Shown here piece by piece: positions 26,441 through 39,600 of a DNA stretch of 64,000 nt. Origin of the DNA: Dipteris shenzhenensis (taxonomy: Eukaryota). Numbering within the stretch: position 1 is the stretch's first letter; each line of letters opens with the position of its first letter. The notes beneath the pieces are model-generated. The model made no database searches. It worked only from the letters and a program-made list of their open reading frames with translations, and had not been told where the DNA came from. The position numbers were made by a program, and so were the translations under genes. The stretch lies in NCBI GenBank assembly GCA_047967505.1, contig CM106538.1, one strand, 5' to 3'.

Positions 26441-28244
26441 AAACAGTTTCACGAAGGACATAGATTGTGGATAGTTTGGTTTCAATAAGGGACATAGTTT
26501 GGTTGCTATGTATTTTGGTAGATGATTTAGTGCTACTGATATTAATGAAAATTATGAACAACTATTTCTAGAGTTAATATAATCTCGAAGAAATCTGAGA
26601 GGAATTTTCCATATAAAGAATTGAGGGAGTTACCACGTTGTCAAAGTGTTGTAAGATCTTAGCAAATATATTTTGAATTTACATAGCATTTTCTCAATAA
26701 GCTCTTTGCAGAATCAAACCCCTGCTAATTGTTTCCAGATTACTTCCTTTTCTTTTTAGGGTGGATGGAGGAATAAAATAAATTTTAGTTTAAAATGGGA
26801 TGAAGCCATTCAATTCATCATCTCCCCACTCTCTTTTTCGAGCTGCAAATCCAATTCGTCTTCTTTTTTGGTATTTTAGATTTTGGGTAGGCCTTATAAA
26901 TGATTTATTATCATTCACCTTGTTTTTTTTGTTGAGGGTTTTTTGTGATTGGTTGTGGGCATGTCATCTCCACTTTTTCCTCCTTTTTTTCTTCTTTCTA
27001 TTTCAAGGTAGGGTTTTTTGTGATTAGTTGTGGGCAAGTGATCTCCACCTTTTCCTCCTCTTTTTTTCTTCTTTTTGGCTTGCCACTCGAGTGGTAACCT
27101 TATTAACGGTGGGTGAGCTTGGCAAAGCGAAAATAATTTCTAATCCATTTTTTGTGCCCTTCTCTAATTTCCACGTTCCCTCTTTCTCTCTTTCTATTTC
27201 AAGGCCCCCAGCAAGGAGAAGAGAGAAGAGAGAGAGAGGAGTCCTCTCTCTCTGTCTCTTCCAAGCTGCGCATATGATGCAGGCCTTATGAATGCTTTAT
27301 GAGCATTCATCTTGTTTTCTTCTCTTTATTTCATGGGAGGCCATGTTAAGTTGGAAAAATAGTAGGTGAGCCAGGTATGGCTCTTGGAGAACTCACCAAA
27401 AAAACCACTACGTTTACATGCTAATCGTTGCAGCTCTCCAATCACAATTATTATTTCAAGTTGTCACTGGCAGATTTGGTGATGCCTGGCCGGCTTCAGA
27501 AATATAAGATCGCAAGTTGAAATATGAGCAACAAACTTCTTGCCTTTCCAGCTCTTGGATTCGGTGTTGCCTTCTGTTATTGACGCAAATCCCAATAATA
27601 GATACCCTTTCAATAAGTTCTCGACTCGTAGCCTTTCGACGGTGCTACTGAGGAGGAATCGTGTGCATTCGTCACGGTGGAGCAGTGTTGATAGGATCAG
27701 TCCGGCCCAACGTACCCACATGAAATTTGCTACTGTCCGAGTTGATTTGAAATCAAATGCGTGCATGCGTGATAGCCTGGTGGCAGCATGCTGAGCACCG
27801 ACTATGGCAATGCTCCTGGTTACGCGCAATTCTTAAGAAATGCAGATTAGAATAAGTGATTTCCATATACAACACATTGAGAAAAGAAACTTGCCTAACG
27901 TAGGACTACACATAGTATCTAAGCATCCTAACGTTGTGACGCTTGCCTAAAAATAAGACTACAAATAGTCACTTGCCTAAAACAAATGGTAACTTTCCAT
28001 TCTAGGCACCTTAGGAGGTGGGAAACTTCTCACCTTGAGATTTGCTCCCACCTTTATGCTCGGGGAATGGCTCATCCTAGGGCCTCTCGCTTTTTCGCTT
28101 CATTATAAAAAATGAACTGTCTTTCAACACACTCCAATTGTTAGAAAACTTTTCTCTAGCCTTTGCAATCGTTTTGTTCTCATGCAAATCCGATGGCGGT
28201 AAATTGGTCATCATTGAAATGTGCAACCAATTTGTTGGTAACTA

Positions 28245-30490
28245 TGAATGGTAAAAAAAGACCAATGTAATTGTGATTATTTTCAATGGGTGTAAAGCTT
28301 ATTTTCATGATGAGGTGGAAAGCTTACCAATTTTGCCAACCCCTCCATGTGGATGGCCCCATGTGTGCATTGAATAGGGTGCTTGCACATAGTCCATGCA
28401 TATAAGTATATTATAAGGGGAAAGCAAGATGATGTGGCAAGCATCTTTGTGTAAAGCCTCCACTTGTCCTCCTAGATGCTTTGTGTGCATATTAAAATAG
28501 GAGAAGTGGCATGTATAATATACAGTAAGAGGGCTAGCTGGCCCCATGTGTGCATTAAATAGGGTGGTTTTGCATAGTCCATGCATATAGTATATATATT
28601 ACATAGAATTTCTCATCGCTATAAGGGGGAAGCAGGATGAGGTGGCAAGCATCTTTTCGCAAACCCTCCACTTGTCCTCCTAGATGCCTTGCGGGCATAT
28701 TAAAATAGGGGAAGGGTCTAAGGAACTCTTGGATTAGGGGATATGATCTTTATTTATGTGGAAAATGAGGCTATCTCACCCCATTGATATTAAGCAAAGA
28801 TGCTCACATGGAAGATACCCTCACCACTGTGCATGTGGGATGCCGATTAATAAGGGAAGAATTGGTAATAACATGGAGGGCTCTTGCTTGAGGCGACACT
28901 TCTCACAGCCATATTGTCCCATAAGGCTCCATTAATAAGCCCCCCCAATTGAAGGAAATCAAAATTGCATTAATTAGTGGAAAAGGGAGGAGTGTAGCGA
29001 TGAAAGGCAAGGGGAGGGTAATAGATGAGAGTGATAAATGAGAGAATCCCTATTTAGTAGGGAAGGAAGCCCATCCCCTCTTATATATGTGGGTCCAAAT
29101 TCAAAACTTTTTACTCTTGCTTCTTTGACAACATCTTTGTGTAGCCTAGCGGCAAGACCTCATGAGTGTAAAATGGATGTATCGAGCTCAAGTCCTCCCA
29201 TTGCATGAACTTTGAAGCTATTTGGCCTTAGCTTAATTGGGTATGCCACATACCTAAGAAATCAATCAAATATCTGAATTGAAAAATAAAGGCCTTTTCA
29301 ATTACCTTTCTTCTTAGGTTAAGCCATATGTATGGAATAGTTTGTTAAGATGAAAGGCATTTAGAATAGATAGATGGAATGTATAGATAAGAAAACTAAT
29401 GGACGAATTAGGTGAGAGCCATTATGCCTCTGTTGACATACTTTGGCCTCAATGCAACAATAAGCCTTCCATGTCTTTTCTACATAGAGCCTTCTCTCCT
29501 AATCGCCACCTTCTCTCTTCCCCCTCACTCCTTCCTCATGGTGTGTCTCTCTCTCCTCTTATATAATCTCCCATTGTTGAATGCTATCCCTCTCCTCTTT
29601 TACCCCTTCCCCTTATAAGAGCCTCACACATCCAAGTTTGAAGTCCAATCACAGTTGTGAGGCTCAGTTCCGTGCGTATACCAAAAGAAGAAAAATATTG
29701 CCCATAGAGTTCACCTGGGCTAAAGCAAGAAACATGAAATGCTGTAGCCTATTATGTACTAGTATTAATAATTCAGATGTCAATTCAAAATATCTCAAAG
29801 GTTATGATTTTGTCATATGTAAATATTGTTTGGCATGATCGAGACATGTCATGGATTTTGATCAGAGTTGTATAATGTACACTTGAAGGTGTAGGATCCA
29901 ATTTGATGCATCTACCGTGGAAGGGCTTTGTGTGGATTAACAAGGCACTCTTGTAGGAGGTGAGTAAAGTCCCTTGTAGTCCAAGAGGGGCTTGATGAGG
30001 TGGACATGCTTGTAGGGGATAAGTGAAGGCTTTGGGGGTTAGCAATGGACTGGGAAAGTAGTGAAAAAATGACAAGCTTTCAAGAAGGCACTAGATGTGA
30101 TAATCAAGGTGCTTGGAAGAATATTAATCATATTCCATGTCTATTTTGGACCTAGGTATTAGAATGCTTTGCATCCTATACCAAAGGGGGGAATGTGAAT
30201 GACCAAAAAGGACCAACGTAATTGTGATTAATTCAATGGGTGTAATATAATGTGGCATGCATAGTAATGAATAAGTGGGATAGGGATTCTTGGTTGATGT
30301 GGAAGTCCTACTAGTGTGCCAATCCATCCATGTGGAGGGCCCTATGTGCACATTGAATAGGGTGCTTGTGCATAGTACATGCATATAGTATACTATAAGA
30401 GGAAAGTGGTATGAGGTGACAAGCACATTTTTGCAAACCCCCCACTTGTCCTCCTAGATGCTTTGTGTGCATATTAAAATAGGGAGGAGG
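28245..30490. repeat. Three dispersed direct copies of a ~190-200-bp unit
   Basis: ccacttgtcctcctagatgc..gcatattaaaatagg at ~28460, ~28668 and ~30442. The flank at 28245-28295 recurs at 30196-30246. Confidence 0.8.
29135..29205 (+). other. tRNA-like A-box/B-box segment (possible SINE head or tRNA relic)
   Basis: A-box-like TAGCCTAGCGG (29142-29152) and B-box-like GAGCTCAAGTCC (29184-29195) at tRNA-like spacing. No clean cloverleaf. Confidence 0.35.
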
Positions 30491-30504
30491 TGAGTCATCC
30501 ACTC

Positions 30505-32420
30505 GATTTTTTTCTTTGGATTAAAATGCCAAGTTTATTAGGGGGTGGTTAGCCGCAAAGAGACCATATACAAAAACCGGCTTACAAAAGGGAAGGCAGT
30601 GCTGCATGCAACCAAAATGACACCTCACCTGCCTATAGATAGGGACACTCTAGCCTAAAGGAGGCATCTACTAACCATTGGATCATCACCACTGATTACC
30701 CAACTTAGATCACACAAGTTATCCTTAAGACTTTAATCATGGTCCTTACCACTGATTACCCAACTTAGATCACACAAGTTATCTTTAATCATGGTCAAGA
30801 TCATTGACCCCACTTGCAACTTCTATTGAAAGATAGACTTTTCCTAAATTCCTAGATGGCTACATCATCGCAACTTGCAAATATGGTCAGTAGGCCTCGA
30901 AAGGAGACAAAAAACTAGAACCATCTCTTGCCAGCACAACCAACTACTAAGAACCAAGACAGAACTTCTCCATTAGCTTGGCCTTACGAAGTGCTACTTC
31001 TACCCATCTCCACACTTCTATGGACAGGGGATAGGCCACATGAGATGGCACACAATTTCCATGGAATTCCCACTTAGGGGGCACATCGGACTAATCAAGA
31101 TGTGTTTCATAGGTTTCCCTCGGACTGGAAGGCATTGGCGTAAGGTCTTCCATAGCAACAAGATGGCCTTACCGAGGACATACTTTTTCCATATTTTTTA
31201 AGCCATGTTTTCCACCACACAGAGCGCCTCCTCAGTGACCATTTTGATTCAATGTGGGAACCAATGATTGGCCATGCACCAGACAATGGTACACAATCCC
31301 AGTTGAGATGTTATCTAAATAAGCCTTGCCAAGGGTCCATTTGTTGAACCTCGAGCCCAAGATAACCACAAACTTTGAAGCCTAGGATTTTGGAATCTTG
31401 ACATAGACTGTAGTCCCCCTCATTTAGATCATACTAAACACAAACATAGTCCAAGGGACCCAACCAACATTTCTAGCATTGCGAATGTCAGAGCACATTT
31501 CGATATTTTCTAATGCAAACTCCTAGCTCGTGATATATCATGTAGTGCAAAGGGATCTGCTCCACTTCTAAAGGCCAAGCTCCACTAGATGCATTTAGAC
31601 AAGCTGGCATCACCTCTCTCTCCATTTCAACCTTTCCAAGTGAGCATGCTTGAGCAAAGTCTGCACACAACCACCAAACTTGCAACCAGATCAAAACCCA
31701 CACAAAGGGGAAACTTGAACAGATGTTATCGTACCAATATTGGTTCCGACCAAGTTCCCACACCCTTGCCTTGCCCATTCTCACAAAGAACTTGACAATC
31801 TTAACCCAAGGTGAATTACACTCAAATAGGTGCGACAACCACTTACATACTAGAGAGATGTTCCTAGAATTCACATCTAGTAGCCCAAGAACTCCATGGA
31901 GCTTGGTGGGGCTTTTAGGGCCTCCCACAGAATGAAATGCATCTTATTCCTTCCACTGTCTTACGCCCATAGGAAATCCTATAGAAGCCACTCAATTTTG
32001 AGCTAGTCACCATTTTCTAAAGTTTTAGATAGATGTGCAACATAGGTCTTGGACGCCACAAGTATGTGCTCAATCATCAAAATCTTGGCATTCCATTCGA
32101 ATTTCTTTCTCACTTCAAGAAGCTTAGCTAGACTACTATCTTCGTCTTCACTCAAGGAGACAATATCGGTCGCAAAGAGGGGAGAGACACTCCTTTGATG
32201 TCACGATCCTCAACTTCTTATTTCACCATATGCATGAGCAACACTTATCCAATGGCAAGTAGCAAGGTTGCTAGGGGACACCCTTGGTGGACTGGCCCTT
32301 CTAAGCTCAAACCTGCCAACTACCCTCCCATTGAGGGCAGGAAATTGCAAAGGCATGCTACCATGTTCATGAACCTATCCATGAGCCCAAATCCTTTGAG
32401 AGCTACGAGGTAACCAGGAC
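30505..32420 (-). mobile_element. 5'-truncated decayed L1-type LINE
   Basis: Minus-strand QGCPLATLLLAIG (~32250-32287), KIE.LL..FLW, GGPKSPTKLHGVLGL..LVCKWL, and an A-rich tail at ~30507. Confidence 0.8.
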
Positions 32421-32424
32421 CCCA

Positions 32425-35400
32425 TTATCACCTTTGGGCCCCAAGTACGATTGAGATTACCTATAATGTCTACGTACATATGGAAATGAGTGCTTGTGAT
32501 ACTATAATTTAACGCCGACTAAGGAATATTTGGGACTCCCAAATCTTCATTTTTGTCATGGAAGACTTGCATATTGATGATATTAGCACTTTAGTATGTT
32601 TCCAGTGTTTGTCAAAGCAAATTGGACTCCATTGAGTGGCTTCAGTAGCACAACTCCAATCATATTCATCTTTTTGACTCTATAAGATCCTTGTCCTAGA
32701 TATTTGAGTTTGCCCTTATGGACTTTAGCATTGTAGAGTAGAACTAGGTTCACTTCCTTGATATCTTTATCGTTGAGATTTATGTCAAACCATGCCTTTC
32801 TTCTTCATTTTTCTGCTATTAGGGCATGGTAGGTTACTAACGTCATCTCTGTATGCTTATCAATTCGAGGGTCTCATGATCTCCCAATCATTCTTACACT
32901 ACTATGCATAGGCTTAGTATAACTAATTGTAGTGGTCCCACTCAGTCCATACACAAATTGAAAATGCATATACCTTTTATTGGCTTTGAGTGTGTTTCAA
33001 TATGCCCTTAAGGCTGCATTTAGCTTTTTCGCCCAGCCAAATCACTTTGGTTCCACTATCTTTGTGAGGAAAATTGGATAGTATTTGGTTGGTCGACTTT
33101 GCTTATTCATTACGTTAGGGATAGTAGGCTATGTTTTTCTATGGATAACCATAAAGACATCAAAATTTCCATGATCACCTCATTGATGAAATGCAAGAAC
33201 TTTGTTGTGCTTCTCGGATCTACTTTTTTTACTGCTTTAGTTTCATCCCACTTGGTGAAGTAATCCGTGGTCACAATGATGTAGTAGGCTTGTGTTCCAT
33301 TTACCACCGTATTTATGGGTCCTACAAAATCAATCCCCCATTTTTCAAAGGGTTTCTATGCAATAATTGTTGTTGATAGGGGATCGACTGGGGATCGAAG
33401 TCTTTGTGTTGAGGTCTAATTTTTTGTTGGCATCCATCAGAGCTCTTTACATAGTCGTAGGCAGCTACCCAAAGTGTTGGCCACCAATGTATCCAACCAA
33501 GAGGATTTTCCTTGCTATTGGTTCATTAGCAAAGTGACCTCTTGCTATGCCTTCATGGGCTTCTCTAATGATTGCCATGATTTCCCAAGGCATAAAAAAT
33601 CTTCTTAGTATTTGATCTCTACCCCTCTTGATTGTTGACCTACTATCAATTGGTAGGGGAAGCTTTTAGGATCAACTTTCTAGCATCCATTGGTCTCAAT
33701 TCAAGGGGTGGTCTACTTGTCATTAAATACCCAATTATGTATGTGCACCAATCAAGGACAATGTTTCAAATATTGCTACATCTAGCAAGTCATCTTCTAC
33801 TCCATTCTCCTATCATCAAGCATGACATGTGATGCAATGTAATGCTGAGCTCCTTTTCTCAACACTATTTTGAAGTTAAATTCTTGTAGGAGCAGAATCC
33901 ACCTAGTTACCCAATCGGTGGTACATTGTTGATTACCAAGATACAATCAGGCTTGATTATCATTGTAAAATACAAAGTCAATGGCCAATAGAAAGTATAT
34001 TTGGAAGTGTTGCTGTATTTTCTACTTTGATAGATTACACTCCCTACCATATAGTTGGAACCATCAATATACACATGGAATTCAATGTCCCAATTTGGAG
34101 CCACTAGTACAGGAGCTATGATCAATCTCCACTTGGAGGGTTTCAAATAATTGCTTACATACTTTTATCTAGATGAATTTCACTAGTAGCTTGTATAGCG
34201 ATCATGCAATCATGGCATACTTGAGGATGAATCTTCTATAGTATCTTGCCTAGCCCATGAATATTTGGATGCCCTTAGCATTTTGTGGAGGAGGGAGTTC
34301 CATGACGATCTTAATTTTATCCATGTCGGTAGCAATCCCATGTCTAGAGACTATGTGTCCCAAGATTAGTTGGTGTTTTCATACCAATAATTTGCATTTT
34401 AGAGGGTTTAAGGAGATGCCATACTCTCTACATTTTTTAATTACATCTTCAAGATATTTTAAGTGATCCTTTTACCTAAATGTATGATGAATTATCCAAG
34501 AATGCTTCTAAATATTTGTTGAAGAATGCTTTAAAGGCAATGTTGTGATCCTATCTATGCCCCAATCATGGAGGATTGAAGCCTCTCTAAGCCATGGTCA
34601 TCCCAACAATATTTGGTATGCTGTGGAGCCTTTGGGAAGATCTAGGATGGTGGATTGTATGGTGAACCTAACTCTAGCAATTTTTCTTAGCACAGATAAT
34701 CAATAATTCTTGGTAGCTTCATTTTAGTGTGGTTGGCTAAGTGTATGTTTAATGTCACATTTCTCATTGGTGGTATCCCCGTCCCTATCACCGAATTTGA
34801 CTTAGATATCTTTATCTTTGATTCAATCCACCCCTTGAAGTCCTCCCACATTGTAGGGAAGTTTCTCAATATGGTTCCAATCGGGATTATGATGGGGCAA
34901 CTAATTAAGCTAGCTAGTGCAGTGCCTTTCAATTAAGAATGAGGTGCATGTAGATCTATTAACCTTTAGTTGGTGATGGGTTCAATTATTGTGTCTACAC
35001 TTGGTTGAGTTGGTACCCTAGCAATTGCTTCTACTATCTTGGCTCCCTTGCATTTCTCCTATTCTATCTTACCCAGAACTGATGCTGAGCTTTCTCAATT
35101 TCTAGAAGCATTGTGGTAGAATTATTTTGTGTCTTGAGTAGCACTAGGGGCAGATGTTCTTGGTGTTGTTTTGCTTTTGCCTAGTAATGGCAAGGCTTGT
35201 TTTGCTCATGGAATCTTTGCCTTTTGAGTGGAAGTTTTTGCCATGTTGCTTCTTTCTGTTTTTTGGTTGTCATCACAAATACTAGCTGGGATACCACACT
35301 TTGTGTTGCCATACTTTGATTTTAAATGCCAATGACCCCAAGGAGGTACATTTGGCTCTGCTTCATTGGCTTGTTGAGGCTTTTCTCTGAGTGGGAAATC

Positions 35401-35690
35401 CATACATGCATGCCCAACTCCACATTATCTGCACATAGTTTGAAATATGTTTGGGCCATGTGAGCAATCTGCTATTTGATGGTTTTCCACACAATTAAAG
35501 CACTTGATGGGTGCCCAATAGGTGCTCTGTCTCACTTGACTTGCATACACATGGATGAGTCCTTGTTCACCTTCCATGTAGTAAATGGGGCGCTCTAGTT
35601 TATATTCATATTGTGGCTCTAGTTATTCAAGCTGGAGTTATTGAACTAGGACAACTATTGAAGCTATATTGGGAGCTCTAGGGGATTGTG
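32425..35690 (-). mobile_element. Decayed Ty3/Gypsy element (gag zinc knuckles, protease remnant, RT/RNase H, integrase)
   Basis: CFNCVENHQIADC; ALASLISCPIIIPIGT; LILGHIVSRHGIATDMDKI; APVLVAPNWDIEFHVYIDGS; AHEG..GHFA..ARKIL; IIVTTDYFTKW. Order is RT-RH-INT. Confidence 0.9.
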
Positions 35691-35699
35691 TATAGATGG

Positions 35700-36310
35700 A
35701 AGAAAGAATCCAAGACAATCCTCATGAACGTCGTTCTTCTATTATGGGGGAGAGAGCAACATTACATCATGCCATCAAGATTACATTCATTCAATCCTTT
35801 GTAACATGATGATGCTACATGGTATGATGCATGACAATGGTACATGATAGATGTACAAGTAAATTTTAAGACTTGTAGAAGGACTTTAATTCCATTCACA
35901 CACATGCTTCCAAGAAGCCATGTCATCCAATTATATACCCTTCTATACCATATCCATGATCTATACATCAACAATTTCCCCCTCAAGCTCAGCATGAGCT
36001 TGTACATCACATAGAACCAAAGCATCTCTAAAAAGACAAAAATTATATTTACCCAAAGACTTGGTAAAGATATTTATGACTTGGGCATCTGTCCTCGCAT
36101 ATCTCAAGTCAATTTCACCACTTATCACTTTCTCCCTGATAGAGCGATAGTGGACTTCTATATGTTTTGTCCTTGCTAGACAAAGCAATCGTGGGTTGTG
36201 TTTTGCTGCTCCCACTAATCACACTACTCCCAAGAGAGAATGCATACCCACTAGTTGACATCCTATCATCAATGTAGCTAATCGACCTATGCATCCTCTA
36301 CTCTCGTCGA
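35700..36310 (-). mobile_element. Ty1/Copia 3' end (RNase H, PPT and start of the 3' LTR)
   Basis: ARTKHIEVHY..IREKV..IFTKSL, followed by the polypurine tract GAGGGGGAA (~35976-35985) and a TG LTR start at 35973. Confidence 0.9.
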
Positions 36311-36699
36311 ATGCAATATATTGGTCTGTCGTAATAGAATTAAAATTCAATACCATGGTTCTTCTAATTTTGTCCTCATATATCTGACTTGGTCTGTCGT
36401 AATTCTGATCTTTGCTTTCATTTCTGTATTCCAGTTGCTGTTCTGCATCCACAAGATTGTTCGGTGTTGTTTTTACTATACACGTTGCGTAATTAGTTGG
36501 AATCATAGTTTGTTAGTGTTTTTGCTTGGATTTCTTTTGTTTCAAATATTTTTACTTATATTTTTGTAAATTTTTTGGCTAATTTTTGACAATAGAAGGT
36601 GTTGTAGGGGTGCCTACGCTTTCAACATCTTCTTTTATGGGGAAAAGCGCATCCCTTGCAACCCCCAAGTCAACTCCATCCATCTTTGCATCTCCAAGC

Positions 36700-39600
36700 A
36701 AGCCCCTGATAATGGCTAAAAAAAAAATATTCACAAAAAATCTAAATGAAATTGAGGCGCGCTTAGTATCAATAAGAATACCATTTGCACAGATTCGAGA
36801 ACTATCATATGAAGGTCAATATGGATTGCATGGTAGTGTTGTCAATGTTTTTACCAACATCGATAGAGCACAAAGTGTATTACCTAGATTCTTAAGCCGT
36901 TCAAACACAATTGATGTAGCTCTCAAAAGAAAACTTTCCTTCAAACATAATTATACGAGCGGAGTCGTGCATCCAACTTATAACATGCTTGCATTGAAGG
37001 AATTACTTTCAAGTCCTTTATATCAAGAAAACAATGTTTGTATAAATGATCTTTGGGAGAAACATGTTCATTCAAAGTACTCAAGAGACAAATTAAAAAA
37101 ATAGACGAACATTGAATTGATGATACAATTGAGGAACCACTTCTTACAGATACTTTAGTTCACGAAATCTACACAAGTCAACAAGTCGTAGACTTTGAAG
37201 GACAAACAATTGAAATCGCACCTTCAGAAGGATTCTCACCATTAAGCATTTTTAAAGATAAATTTTGTGAGGAACTATCATTTCCCAAGCTCTTCTTTGG
37301 AAACAAACATGCTTATAACATTCCAAAACATATTTCGTACCAAGATATCGCAAGGTGGGAATTAATGAATGTCGATCATCGCTTTACTTTGTGTGTAGAA
37401 AACCTCTTCTTCAAAACAATGAAAATCCGAGTCAAACAAGTTTAATCATCGTCTTGGGTTCAAATGCGAAAAGCATAGACAAGAGGAATAGCACTACAAG
37501 CAAAGGATGCCCTCTTAGATACTAACATTGAGAAAAGATTCCAATCAAACATAGGATATCGTGACTTCTCACACCTATGAACATCGGCAGACTACAAACA
37601 CAATCTTAAAAAAAAACCTTTTCTCAATGTTAAGGCAACTAGGCCCCCCAACCTTCTTCATGACACTATCAGAGCAGCTGAAAAATTATGGAAACCATTA
37701 ATCAAAGCCGTCCTTAAGCTAAGTGAAAATTCAACACTAGATATACAAGCAAAAATATGATGCTTCGATCAGATCCCATCACAACAACTCAATACTATGT
37801 TCACAAATTCCAAGCATTGAAACATCTTATAAGAAAGGATGAAAACATTTTAGGAAAGTTAAACGACTTCTACTTTGTAATAGAATTCCAAAATAGAGGG
37901 AGTCAACATGACCATGGGCTTCTGTGGATTGAGAATGCACCTTCCTTTGGAATATCTTCCAATCGTGACAGTTGACAAATGCATATCAACAAACATATCT
38001 CTTTTCCCATGTGACCAAAAAGACATCCAAGTACACAAACATCGTAAGACATGCTTCAAAAAAAAGAATAAATGTCGATTTAGTTATCCTAGGCCAGCAA
38101 TGTCTTCTACTAAAGTTTTGCTTCCATTACAACATGAGTGGCAGAAGAGGAGTACATTCTTGTTCTGTAATCTTCTATTTCATAGCCAACTATATTCTTG
38201 AAAAGAGAACCAAAGCCATCTACACTAATAACTTTAATCCTAATCTTTCAAGACTATGGGGTGCCAACACTAACATCCAATTCATAGTTAATCCTCATGG
38301 TGCAGCAGCTTATTGTACATCTTACATGACAAAAGTAGACAAAGAAGCAACTCTTGCAGTTAAGCAAGCTCTATCACAATGCATAGACTCTAACTCCCCA
38401 CCTAATGGACGAATAAGAAGAGTAGGCAATGCAATCTTAAATACTCAACATATAAGTTCACAACAAATAGTATATCTGGCACTATCATTGCCACTATCAA
38501 CATTATCAAGAGAATTTCAATATATTAACACAAATACACCTGAAAGAAGAACATTATTGCTCAAGCGAGAACAATTCCAAAAATTAGAAACTGAAAGCAC
38601 AAATATTTTCTTCGATGACATTATTGCAAAATACTTGAAATGCCCTACACATTTGCAAGTCCTTTGCTTAGCTTCTTACGTTAGCAGAATTACAATATTT
38701 CATCAAATTACAAAACAAAAAAAAGGAAAAAGGAAAAAATCATTAGATTCAACAACTACAACCAAATAAAAAACCCTGAAGATTACTATAGAGAACTATG
38801 TCTTTTATATCTCCCATACCATCACATAGAGCCAACTATTGACAACATAAATTCGACATGGCATGATATGTATCACGACAACAAAGATATTATAGATCCT
38901 CAGAAAGAACAATTCAACAAACTCATGCCAAGAAATCCATCAAATTCTACAAGTACAACTATAACATCATCAAATAATCTACAAACAAGTAGAAATATTG
39001 CAACTTATGATATTGGAATGGACATGCCCAACCCTCCAAAGTCAAATCAATTATTCAAAAACAATTTCTTTACATACAAAATACAATCCAATGATGACTA
39101 TTACTTAAACTTCAGAAAGCTCAACAACACTGAACAACGACTTATTGTTGAAGACATAATGCTAAAGAAAAGACACTACCCAAACAAATCATTTCACTTG
39201 TTTCTAAAAGGAAATGCAGGAACCGGGAAAACTTACACTCTACTAGCTATTGTCCAAGCCTTGCTTCGCAACTATTCACACAAACAAACACATAATGTAG
39301 AAAATCCAAAAATTCTACTTTTGGCGTACATAGGTAAAGCTGCCTTTAACATTGGTGGAACAACTAGCACTACATCTTCCGCTGATGGCATCTCACTACA
39401 TAAGCCTATCAACCAAAAAATTGCAAAAACTATCACAATTCTATCAAGATCTTGAGCTTGTTGCCTTCGACGAGGTTTCATTGATTGGCCATAGTACATT
39501 GGTTATAGCTGACCTTCATTTAAGAGAAATCAAACACAACCATAATCGACCATTTGGAGGACTTGATGTTTTATTATGTGGTGACTTATGCCAAGCTAGC

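Noticed and set aside
27464-27829. Overlapping 121-aa and 84-aa ORFs in a CpG-richer patch
   Set aside because: No domain similarity that I can recognise.
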